DNA from: a virus
Virus record (IMG/VR): IMGVR_UViG_3300022173_000074
Location: 1-64,000 of that record
Direction: 5' to 3' (one strand)
Length of the DNA: 64,000 bases
The position numbers and the translations under genes are program-made. The notes below the pieces were generated by a model. The model saw only the letters and a list, made by a program, of their open reading frames with translations. It was not told the origin of the DNA and did no database searches. Shown here piece by piece: positions 26,271 through 34,708 of this stretch. Each line of letters opens with the position of its first letter. Position 1 is the first letter of the stretch.

Positions 26271-27815
26271 CTACCGGGCGGTGACGATGAATTGCATCCA
26301 GTTCTTTTGAATGCCCTTTGTCATATTCTTTGATCCGCCAGAGTGTTGCTGGAACTTCACCGTAACGTAATCGCCGGCGTCGATCTTGACACGTCCCGAA
26401 CAGTTGAAGGCGAACACCGTGTTGGCGGCGGCCGATGCTTCAGGGATCGGTTCGGCGATAGCCTTCCGCAGCACGTTGTTCACGTATATTTCGAACACCG
26501 TGAAGAAGTTATTCGCGCTGGTTGACATCCACACGAGGGCTGTGATGTCCACATAGCAATCGATGCCCGGTGAAATCTTGCCGTCGCTGGTGTTGTAGAT
26601 GCTGGCGCTATCCCACTCTTCGGCGTCATAGATCATAACAGTAGGTGTCGCCGAAGGGACCGAGATGTCGTTCGCCGACAGATAAACGGAGCCGGTAGCG
26701 TACTCGCCACCGCCGCCGCCAGTGGGCGGATCGACCCACTCTGTATCATAGTCTGTCCCGCTGTTTTTGGCGAGAAGCTGGCCGGTCGTTCCCGCCGCCG
26801 GAACGCCCACGCCATCGTCGCCGTCGACTCCGTTCGTTCCTTTGTCTCCGTAAGGGACCCAGGTTATTTTCACAGGGAGGTTGTTCGATAGTGCGCCGCC
26901 GCTGGCTAGAACGGCCACGTTGAACACGTCATACGATCCGCTGTCCGTCATCGTCGTGTGCCGTGCTATGATATAGTTGGCGGGGTTCGCCGGATCGAGA
27001 ATGAAGATTATTCCTTTGTTCGTGTTCGTGCTGTCGTCCCATGCATTGATGAAGCCCGCGAGCGAGCGTCCATCGTTGTCGGTTTCGTTGAAAGATATTT
27101 GCGTGATGGACGCGAACGTGCCGTTGTCCGCCGCAACTTTTCCTGTGCCCGGATTCCCTGGAGTCGTGGTCGTGTTCCACAGGTAGTTAAAGCCGAAGTC
27201 TAGGCCGTCTGAACCGTCAGCTCCATCGGAGCCGTTGCTTCCGTTCGTTCCTTTTTCAGCCATCAGCGACCAGTAGGTTGGCTCCGCGTTCGGAACTTTG
27301 TTCGTGCCAGCCTGGATCGAGATGTAAGCGTTGCCGTTGTAGAGCACGCCGTCACGAAGCGCGTACGCGGTGCCGGAGTTCCAAGCGCCGCGCCACAGCA
27401 TGCCCACAGGTCCGGTGTCGCCGGTCAGGCCGGTGTCGCCTTGCGGACCCGCAACGCCACCCGGAACCCATCCGCTCTCCGGCGTCCACCACAAGGATTT
27501 GCCGGCCGCGATTGCACCACGGAAAAGAACGCGCACGTTGGCGCCGTCAAGGATATAAACCTGGAAGGTTTGCTGGACAGAGTCCGCGTTGAAGATGTTC
27601 AGGAACTTGATCTGGTTCTGCGTAGTCCCGCCGCCCGGCACCGGGACGAGTTCGATGGTGGCGTCACCCGTGAACTCGCCGTTTACTTCGAGCGGAGCGA
27701 AGCCGTCGCTTCCGACATCGATAGCCACATAGCTGACCGAGAAGACCGGCGCAGTGGTGGTATGATCGGCGCCCATAACGGCGCGTAGGGATTTGTCAGT
27801 CGTGTCAAGAATCAT
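26271..27815 (-). CDS. tail fibre protein with collagen-like Gly-X-Y tract and CBM5/12-like repeats
   Basis: GPQGDTGLTGDTGPVGMLWRGAWNSGTAYALRDGVLYNGNAYISIQAGTN..P...YWSL. Confidence 0.6.
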   Translation of the reverse strand: MILDTTDKSLRAVMGADHTTTAPVFSVSYVAIDVGSDGFAPLEVNGEFTGDATIELVPVPGGGTTQNQIKFLNIFNADSVQQTFQVYILDGANVRVLFRGAIAAGKSLWWTPESGWVPGGVAGPQGDTGLTGDTGPVGMLWRGAWNSGTAYALRDGVLYNGNAYISIQAGTNKVPNAEPTYWSLMAEKGTNGSNGSDGADGSDGLDFGFNYLWNTTTTPGNPGTGKVAADNGTFASITQISFNETDNDGRSLAGFINAWDDSTNTNKGIIFILDPANPANYIIARHTTMTDSGSYDVFNVAVLASGGALSNNLPVKITWVPYGDKGTNGVDGDDGVGVPAAGTTGQLLAKNSGTDYDTEWVDPPTGGGGGEYATGSVYLSANDISVPSATPTVMIYDAEEWDSASIYNTSDGKISPGIDCYVDITALVWMSTSANNFFTVFEIYVNNVLRKAIAEPIPEASAAANTVFAFNCSGRVKIDAGDYVTVKFQQHSGGSKNMTKGIQKNWMQFIVTAR

Positions 27816-27816
27816 A

Positions 27817-29643
27817 TCAGAACCCCAAGCTCACGCGGATCATAACCTGCGCCATGTTAGTGCCTCCACCCCCGCCGCCAGAGTCACCCTTCTGAGCGAG
27901 TAGTTGCCAGAAAGAGCCGGAGGTCGGCGGGGAGTGGTTTGTGCCGTCTGCAATCGCGATCCAGGACGAGCCGCTGTGCGAAACGGCGTCCTTAATGACA
28001 TAAGCGGTCGCGGATGACCAGGGACCGCGCCAGACCATGCCTGGAGGGCCTTCAGGACCCGTCGCGCCGTCAGTACCGTCCACGCCATCGTCGCCATCCA
28101 CGCCCGCAGCCCCGGTCGCGCCTTTAGCTGCGACAAGCTCCCAGTACGTTGGCTCCGTCAGCGGGTCTTTGTTCGTGCTGTTCAGGATCGCAATGTACGT
28201 GCTGCCGCTGCGCGACACGACATCCGCGTTGTCTGCGTCCACCGTGTAAGCGGGGCCGCCTGACCATTCGCCTTGCCATACCATGCCTGCGCCGGGCGGG
28301 CCTTGGATTCCGTCCTCGCCCTGGATACCCTGGATGCCCTGGTCGCCGCGTTTGGCTACGAGTTCCCACCATGCGGTTTCAATCGAAGGATCGCGGCCTG
28401 AGTTCGCGTTTTGCTTCGAGATGTAAGACGAACCGCTTGGCGTCCAGAAGATCACGTCAAGTTCGTCGAAGGTTTCCGCGTCGAAAGTTCCGCCGCTGGT
28501 CCATGCACCTTTCCAGACGCCGATCAGTCCGGGGTCGCCCTGCGGGCCGGGAGGTCCGTCAGGTCCAGGCACAGTTGAGTCCGCGCCCGGATCGCCTTGC
28601 GGTCCAGGGTCGCCGTCATCGCCTTTGGCTCCGGTCGCGCCGGTGTCGCCTTTGTTGGCAAGCGCATTCCAGATACCCGGCGTTCCTGGGGCTTGGTTGA
28701 TGTTGTCCGCGACTGCTATGTAGGACCCGCCTTGATACGCGACTCCATCATCGACTTCGTAACTTGTTCCGCTGTCCCAGTTGCCTATCCAGTTCAATCC
28801 GCGAGGGCCGGTCGGTCCTGGATCACCTTCAGGGCCGGCCGGTCCTTCTGGACCTACGGGGCCGGCAGACATCAGCGACCAGTCAAACGGGTTTTCGTCT
28901 GGCTGGCTGTTGATGTTTTCGGTGATGCAGATGTAAGAGCTGCCGGTCGATGCGAGGTAGACTCCTTCGTTGATCGCATAAACAACGTCGTCTTCCCACT
29001 CGCCTTTCCAGACCAAACCGATGTCGCCGGTGTCGCCTTTCTCTGCGACTAGGTTCCAGTGTTCGATATACTCGTTCGGCGGCTCATTCGTGTTAGTGAA
29101 GATACAAATCCACGAGCGACCGAGGTAGCCCACCACGTCGGTTTCGCGATACTCGCGGTCATCTTCCCACGGTCCTTGCCAGACCATGCCTGGGTCTCCT
29201 TGATCGCCCTTCTCGCCGCCGACCGCGAACAGCGACCAGTCGGAAGGGTTCTCGTCTGGCTGATTGCCCAGGTTATCATCGCTCAAAGAAATGTATGCGT
29301 CTTTGTCGAAGCGAACCGCGTCGTTCTCCGCATAGTTCACCGCGCCCGACCACGTTCCGGTCCACACGATAGTCGTGCCGCCGCCTCCGCCGCCCGTGCT
29401 GAACGCGGACCACGTAGTCAGATCGCTGCCGAGAATCCAGATCAGTCCGTCGTCTTGCGTCACGACGATCATGCCCGCGCTTCGGCGCTTCACAGGGATC
29501 GCGTCACGCACCGCGCCGGATGCAACTTCGCGCCAACCGCCCTTGCCGTATTCAGCGAAGTGCGTGGCGTAGTCGTCGCTCGTGGTGAACGGAACGACCG
29601 GCGCTGCGATGTTAGTACCGAGGATGACTGCCATTAGGACCAC
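27817..29643 (-). CDS. collagen-like repeat tail fibre protein
   Basis: Multiple Gly-X-Y runs (GPVGPEGPAGPEGDPGPTGPRG; GDTGATGAKGDDGDPGPQGDPG) alternating with about 7 repeats of W.G.W....Y...D.V...G..YI....N..P...W.L.A. Confidence 0.7.
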   Translation of the reverse strand: MVLMAVILGTNIAAPVVPFTTSDDYATHFAEYGKGGWREVASGAVRDAIPVKRRSAGMIVVTQDDGLIWILGSDLTTWSAFSTGGGGGGTTIVWTGTWSGAVNYAENDAVRFDKDAYISLSDDNLGNQPDENPSDWSLFAVGGEKGDQGDPGMVWQGPWEDDREYRETDVVGYLGRSWICIFTNTNEPPNEYIEHWNLVAEKGDTGDIGLVWKGEWEDDVVYAINEGVYLASTGSSYICITENINSQPDENPFDWSLMSAGPVGPEGPAGPEGDPGPTGPRGLNWIGNWDSGTSYEVDDGVAYQGGSYIAVADNINQAPGTPGIWNALANKGDTGATGAKGDDGDPGPQGDPGADSTVPGPDGPPGPQGDPGLIGVWKGAWTSGGTFDAETFDELDVIFWTPSGSSYISKQNANSGRDPSIETAWWELVAKRGDQGIQGIQGEDGIQGPPGAGMVWQGEWSGGPAYTVDADNADVVSRSGSTYIAILNSTNKDPLTEPTYWELVAAKGATGAAGVDGDDGVDGTDGATGPEGPPGMVWRGPWSSATAYVIKDAVSHSGSSWIAIADGTNHSPPTSGSFWQLLAQKGDSGGGGGGTNMAQVMIRVSLGF

Positions 29644-30644
29644 ACAACCGCAATCGCGGCCCCCGTCTGAATTCCGTTAAACCGCGTGACGTAATAGTTT
29701 TCAGTGTGACCGCTTGCGTTCTGGAAAGAGATCACGTTCTGAGAGAAATCCGAGAACGCCAGGCCCCCGACCGTCACGGCAGACAGAACGCCGAAAGAAG
29801 TTGGATAGCAGAAGAACGGATACTTGCCGCCGGAGCAATCATAGGTCACGGCTTTATCGTTGTTCGATGCGAACTCTTGGTTCAACGCACGGATTTGAGA
29901 CGCGGTAAGAGACTCGTTTGCAGACGCTCCCCAATACCGTTTGCGCGCGAAGCTGAGAGACGTGCTGGCTCCGGTGTTGGTCGTGCCGTCGCTCGCGGTC
30001 AACGCCCACGTCTGGTTCGTCGTGAACGGGCCGAACGCGGTGACTGCGCGGTCCTCTGGATCGAGAGAGCCGATGCCGTTGCTGATCGATTGGCTGGTTA
30101 CGTCTTTGTTGTAGCCCCAGGTCAAGGCGACCGACGCAACGCTTTCGCCGATCTCGTGAACGCTGCCGCCGCTGAAGAACGTGACGCCTACCGCGACATA
30201 GAAGATGCGGTCCAGCGCTTCGCCGACGTTATCGATCGATGGGTAGAGGGCGGTCGTGTACGAGACGGCATACGCATCACTTGATCCGCCCATAGCGAAG
30301 AGGGACCAATCGCTTGGACTCGTGGATGGGTTGTTTCCTAAATTTGCGGACGTAAGCGAAATGTAGGAGTCTGATCCATAACGCACACCGTCGCCGGCTG
30401 AGTACGAAACCATGGAGGACCATTCGCCAGTCCAGTTCAGATCGCCCGCGCCGCCGCCGAAAGAGAGCGGGACCCAGGACGTAAGATCGTCGGCGAGCTG
30501 CCACGCAATATCGTCGTCTTGCGTGACTACCACCATTCCCGATGATCGTTGGTTCTGTGGGATCGCATCGCGAGCAGCCGCATCCGGCACTTCCCGCCAG
30601 CCGCCTTTGCCGCTCCCGCCGCCGAGTTCGAATGCCCGTCCCAT
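29634..30644 (-). CDS. tail fibre protein (shares N-terminal module and W.GEW..YS.GD.V.Y repeat with the two other fibres)
   Basis: N-terminus GGWREV.DAA.RDAIP..QRSSGM.VVTQDD shared with 27817..29643. Confidence 0.55.
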   Translation of the reverse strand: MGRAFELGGGSGKGGWREVPDAAARDAIPQNQRSSGMVVVTQDDDIAWQLADDLTSWVPLSFGGGAGDLNWTGEWSSMVSYSAGDGVRYGSDSYISLTSANLGNNPSTSPSDWSLFAMGGSSDAYAVSYTTALYPSIDNVGEALDRIFYVAVGVTFFSGGSVHEIGESVASVALTWGYNKDVTSQSISNGIGSLDPEDRAVTAFGPFTTNQTWALTASDGTTNTGASTSLSFARKRYWGASANESLTASQIRALNQEFASNNDKAVTYDCSGGKYPFFCYPTSFGVLSAVTVGGLAFSDFSQNVISFQNASGHTENYYVTRFNGIQTGAAIAVVWS

Positions 30645-30646
30645 GA

Positions 30647-31033
30647 TTACAACTTTCGTACAAAGATTCGGACCTTACCGCCTGGAAGGAAACAGTTGTA
30701 CGCGACTTGCGGTAGGCCGCGAGTCCGCACAGGAACAGCCGTGTTCTCGTCAGGGCGGCCGTTCTTGGTTTTAGTGAAGCCGATCTGAACGTCTTCATCC
30801 GTAATCAGGATGCACAGACGGTCGGTCATGCCGCCGATGTTCGATGTGATGTTCGGCTCCGGCGCCCAGCCATCTTCACTGGTGGACGAGTTGGAGTCTG
30901 ATATGAAGGCCTCGCCGTCATAAACGAATTCTGGATCGCCTATAAGCATGCCATCCTTGTGGCCGTTTTTATGCGAAACCAGGATAGTTATCATTTTTGG
31001 GGGCCTCCGAATGGTGAATGACCCCTGTAGCAC
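30647..31033 (-). CDS. hypothetical protein (contains DSNS)
   Basis: ORF. Confidence 0.4.
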   Translation of the reverse strand: MLQGSFTIRRPPKMITILVSHKNGHKDGMLIGDPEFVYDGEAFISDSNSSTSEDGWAPEPNITSNIGGMTDRLCILITDEDVQIGFTKTKNGRPDENTAVPVRTRGLPQVAYNCFLPGGKVRIFVRKL

Positions 31034-31039
31034 CGGCGC

Positions 31040-31696
31040 TTAGACTTGGAAAGCCTCCGGCAAATCGATTAGAGGGGCCATGGAGACGCCCGGCGAGGTC
31101 GCCCGGACTACCGGGACCCCGAGCCGGTCAAGCTCTATGATGGCCTTCCTGAGCGACGGAAGGAACCTATTCTCATAGTTTGCGGTCAAAGTTGGCCTCT
31201 TATGATCGTTATGCCACTGAGTTCGGCCATCTTTGGCCGGTTGCATGTCGATCCCGAAGAGGATGATCTTCGCGGCGCCCATGTGATAGGCGAGGTTGAT
31301 GGCCTGGGTCCCGCTATCCCAGCCGTGGAGCTTCTGCCGGTCGGTCGTGAACTTGTTCCGGTCCCGCCACATCCGTTTGATCCGAGGGTGATGGACGCTG
31401 GCGACATCGGAGGTCGCGGTGCAGATGATCCCCTCGAATTTTTCGAGGACATCCTTTCCGTTCCATTGCCACCATGCCGCATCGGCGAAGTGCAGGACTT
31501 GGGACCAAGGTGCGATCTTATAGCTGTTGTTCACAGCGATGCAGGCCTGGCCTTTCGTGACGCCGATGTCGAACTTCATCAGCGATGGTCCGCCGCCGAT
31601 AATGCAGACGGCCTTGCCTTCGAATATTCGCGGAACGTCCCAAGGCACGATGCCGCGTGGCTTGTGTGGGTTGTGGTTCTCTGGGACCCGTCTCAT
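31040..31696 (-). CDS. DUF115 / MptE-like (Maf-type) protein, putative glycosyltransferase
   Basis: AVCIIGGGPSL ... AKIILFGIDM; paralog of 58287..58907. Confidence 0.45.
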   Translation of the reverse strand: MRRVPENHNPHKPRGIVPWDVPRIFEGKAVCIIGGGPSLMKFDIGVTKGQACIAVNNSYKIAPWSQVLHFADAAWWQWNGKDVLEKFEGIICTATSDVASVHHPRIKRMWRDRNKFTTDRQKLHGWDSGTQAINLAYHMGAAKIILFGIDMQPAKDGRTQWHNDHKRPTLTANYENRFLPSLRKAIIELDRLGVPVVRATSPGVSMAPLIDLPEAFQV

Positions 31697-31738
31697 GTAT
31701 ATCTCGTTTAGGCTAAACTAGGGTAAACTTCTTATAAC

Positions 31739-33808
31739 TCACAGGACGATTATGATGCCTCGCCGAGCGCCTACCGCTGGTGTCCCGCCGCCTTCCCCTG
31801 AGTAGAAGACGACGTTCCCGATTGCGCAAGACTGAACACCGCCGCCGTGTGTCGTGGCGACTTCCCACGCCGGATCGTCGCCAGCATCGGAAACATATTT
31901 ATAGGCCACATAGATCGCCATGTATCCCGCGACATCGCCTGCGTTGCCTTCTCGGATCAACGTCGTCCAGCCGGAGGTTGCGGTCGGGACAGTTGCGGAG
32001 TTACCGTCAAAGAAGAAGCCGAGCACAAGCTGATTGGTTTCCGTCGTCAGGATCGGGTCCGCGTCTGTGACATCTACGGCGCCCGCTCCCGTTGCATCGC
32101 GACGAAGCGAGTGCGCAGCGATGATGTCACCGATGCTATTGGAGTCTGCGTCTCCGACCAGCGTGTTCTCGAATTCGATTACGAACGCACGCCAGAAGCC
32201 GCCGTTGCCCGTTGTCAGTTCTGGGAGCGCCGCCGTGTCGCCCGGCTGAACCCAGCGGTACGCCGCTTTGAATTGCGGCTCCGTGGCCGTGTAGTTATCT
32301 ATCGCCGTCCACGCGCTTGTGTTCAGTGGATCGCCTACGAACGTGCTGAAGAACGCTATCAATAAGTTCCCGGCGACAGGCGCGGTGTCGAGTGTAACTA
32401 TCGCGTCATTGAAAGAACCCGACCCCTTCTTTGTTTGTTGGATCGAGAACACAGGGAAGTCGTTCGAAGCGCTGTTCGAATTAAGTCCATTGCTGTTGCT
32501 GTTCGAATCAAAGCCGCCAGAGTTGGAGTTGCTGTCGAAGCCGCCGCTGTTGCTGTTCGAATCAAAGCCGCCAGAGTTGGAGTTCGAATCAAATGACGGA
32601 TCGAGATCGACGTTCGAAAGCACGACGCCGAAGTGACGGGCGTTCGCGGTCGCGCCGAAAACGACTTTCATGTTGATGAAGTCGGTCGCGACTATTGGCG
32701 TGTAGATCGCGTGTTCGTTTACGTGTTTCGGCAATCCGGTCCAATTCTTCGTAAGCGAGCTATCCGCTCCGTTGACTCGCAGAGTTATCGTGCCTGTCGA
32801 AGAAGCGCTACTCTGGTAGAAGTATAGGTCTTTCGCGAAACAGTCGAAAGGCACACGGAGTCCGGTCCCTGTCTCAGAAGAATTCAGTACGTTGGCGGCT
32901 GATCCGCTGCCGAACGTACCGTACTGAGTGCCGCTTGCCGCGTTAGCTGTGCCGCCCGCCATAAGGGGGCTTTCGTCTGCGGTGCCCTGGAAGCGCACGT
33001 TGAAGCGGCGGATCGTAAGCGTGCCCGCGCCGGAGCCGGGGGCGACCTTGTATCCGACTTCGTCGTCCTGCGCGATGGTTGCGCTGTTCGTGGTGTCTTC
33101 GAAGAGGCCGGTAGCTCCCGCACCAATCGTAATATCCAGCGCAGTGTCCGATCCGTTCACGTTCAAATATACGTGAGAGTCGGTTCCGCGTCCGTTCGTG
33201 GTGACGTAAACTTGCAGCGAAGAGAACGTACCGGCGCACGGGACTTGCGGCTGGTATTCATCGGCTAGAGAGGTTGAGGAATTAAACTGAGAGTCGCCGC
33301 ACACAGGCAGGTAGGTCGCCGTGGTTCCTGTGCCGCTGTAGAGGAAGTTCCCTGTGCTGACCAGACCGAGGTATTGAACAGCATTACCAGAAGCCATCGT
33401 CTGTTGGCACACGATACCGGAGATGACTAGCGATGCTCCGTTGCCGCCAGCCAGCGTCCAAGATGCGCAGACGAGATCGCCGTCCGCGATGCTGTCGGTG
33501 TTCGATGCGTCCTCAAAGTATCCCGTTGCGCCAGCGCCTACCGTTACAGTCAGGTTTCCGTCCGCACCGTTCTTTCGGATTTTGAAAACAGAGCTGCCGG
33601 CGCGCGCGTTCGATATGACATTGACGCCAAGCTTAGACAGCGTTGACGCGCCACGGAACTTTACCTGCGCCAGGGCTTCGCTGGTGTTGGTCGTGTGGAT
33701 GTCGCAATTTATGAGCGGCCAGAAATCGCCGCTGGTGTTATTCGTAGCGAACGTCGATCCCGCATTGATCGGAGCTATGAGAAGGGAACTACCGGGTTGG
33801 AGTGCCAT
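31739..33808 (-). CDS. tail fibre/tail spike-like protein with internal DSNSNSGGF tandem repeats
   Basis: 689 aa, Gly/Thr/Ser-rich beta-type composition. Confidence 0.55.
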   Translation of the reverse strand: MALQPGSSLLIAPINAGSTFATNNTSGDFWPLINCDIHTTNTSEALAQVKFRGASTLSKLGVNVISNARAGSSVFKIRKNGADGNLTVTVGAGATGYFEDASNTDSIADGDLVCASWTLAGGNGASLVISGIVCQQTMASGNAVQYLGLVSTGNFLYSGTGTTATYLPVCGDSQFNSSTSLADEYQPQVPCAGTFSSLQVYVTTNGRGTDSHVYLNVNGSDTALDITIGAGATGLFEDTTNSATIAQDDEVGYKVAPGSGAGTLTIRRFNVRFQGTADESPLMAGGTANAASGTQYGTFGSGSAANVLNSSETGTGLRVPFDCFAKDLYFYQSSASSTGTITLRVNGADSSLTKNWTGLPKHVNEHAIYTPIVATDFINMKVVFGATANARHFGVVLSNVDLDPSFDSNSNSGGFDSNSNSGGFDSNSNSGGFDSNSNSNGLNSNSASNDFPVFSIQQTKKGSGSFNDAIVTLDTAPVAGNLLIAFFSTFVGDPLNTSAWTAIDNYTATEPQFKAAYRWVQPGDTAALPELTTGNGGFWRAFVIEFENTLVGDADSNSIGDIIAAHSLRRDATGAGAVDVTDADPILTTETNQLVLGFFFDGNSATVPTATSGWTTLIREGNAGDVAGYMAIYVAYKYVSDAGDDPAWEVATTHGGGVQSCAIGNVVFYSGEGGGTPAVGARRGIIIVL
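32465..32610. repeat. 27-bp tandem repeat x4-5 (encodes FDSNSNSGG on - strand)
   Basis: Read from sequence, inside CDS 31739..33808. Confidence 0.7.
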
Positions 33809-33974
33809 TACGATTGTGCTCCCTCACTGCGGCGAAGCGCAGCGTGTCGTTCGGATAATGATCGTGAAGCTCACAGATGTCTTCGAAGGAATGTTTGGTA
33901 TCCCAATCTGTGATGACAACGCATTCGCATGTGTCAGGACGCCAACGGACTAGTCTCTTAGGTTGGTCGGTCAT
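33789..33974 (-). CDS. small Cys-containing hypothetical protein
   Basis: 61-aa ORF between two tail genes. Confidence 0.3.
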   Translation of the reverse strand: MTDQPKRLVRWRPDTCECVVITDWDTKHSFEDICELHDHYPNDTLRFAAVREHNRNGTPTR

Positions 33975-34690
33975 GCTCGCGTCCCTGCGAAAGTGATGGA
34001 GATGTCAGCCCACAGGCCGGGAGTGGCCGGTGCGAAGAGTTCTAGGCGGTCGCCTGCGACGAAAGACATCGGCGCGCTGTTGCTGTCGTCCGCGAGGAAC
34101 GTGCCTACGTGGAGGGCGGCGCTGTTGCTGTCTTCGAGGAAAGTGACGTGGCCGAAGGCAACGCCGTTCTTCATCACAGTGAGCGCTATCGTGACTGCCG
34201 AGTCTCCGGTCTGCGCGTACGCCTGGGAGCCTGAGAAGTTGTCAGCGAAATCGAATGCACGAGTCGCCACGTAAGTCGCGACACGCTCGTTCGCCGTCAT
34301 CACGCCGGCAATGAAGATGCCGATGTCGATTGGCTGGCTGGTGCCGCTGGCGATTTCCGTCCAGGCGCCGGAGAGGAAGCGATATTTCTTTTCCTCGTCT
34401 TCGACCCACATCTCCCAGCCTTCAGCCGGAGTGAGGTATACCCACGCGCCGTTATCACGGAGCGCGATGTCGCCGGTCAAACCTTCAGAGTTGGAGTCGT
34501 CCGTCCCGCTCAGCATGTAGATGTCGCCATCGGTCGGAGAGCCAGGAAGGTCGGCGATGCGGCTCAGCACTTTACCCTGCACAATCGCAGACAGCATGCG
34601 GAGGTTGTTCGTCATAGCCGTACCCCAGCCGTTCTCGCCGGGGGAGTATCCAGCCACAAGGCCGAGTCCAGGAAGGTTACGTCCAGTCAT
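33971..34690 (-). CDS. tail protein (three DSNS motifs)
   Basis: ORF in tail module. Confidence 0.5.
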   Translation of the reverse strand: MTGRNLPGLGLVAGYSPGENGWGTAMTNNLRMLSAIVQGKVLSRIADLPGSPTDGDIYMLSGTDDSNSEGLTGDIALRDNGAWVYLTPAEGWEMWVEDEEKKYRFLSGAWTEIASGTSQPIDIGIFIAGVMTANERVATYVATRAFDFADNFSGSQAYAQTGDSAVTIALTVMKNGVAFGHVTFLEDSNSAALHVGTFLADDSNSAPMSFVAGDRLELFAPATPGLWADISITFAGTRA

Positions 34691-34708
34691 ATCAATTCTC
34701 CGATGGGC

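Noticed and set aside
32465-32610. Possible CRISPR array from regular 27-bp repeats
   Set aside because: The repeats are contiguous with no spacers, lie in frame inside a CDS and encode FDSNSNSGG. This is a coding tandem repeat, not CRISPR.
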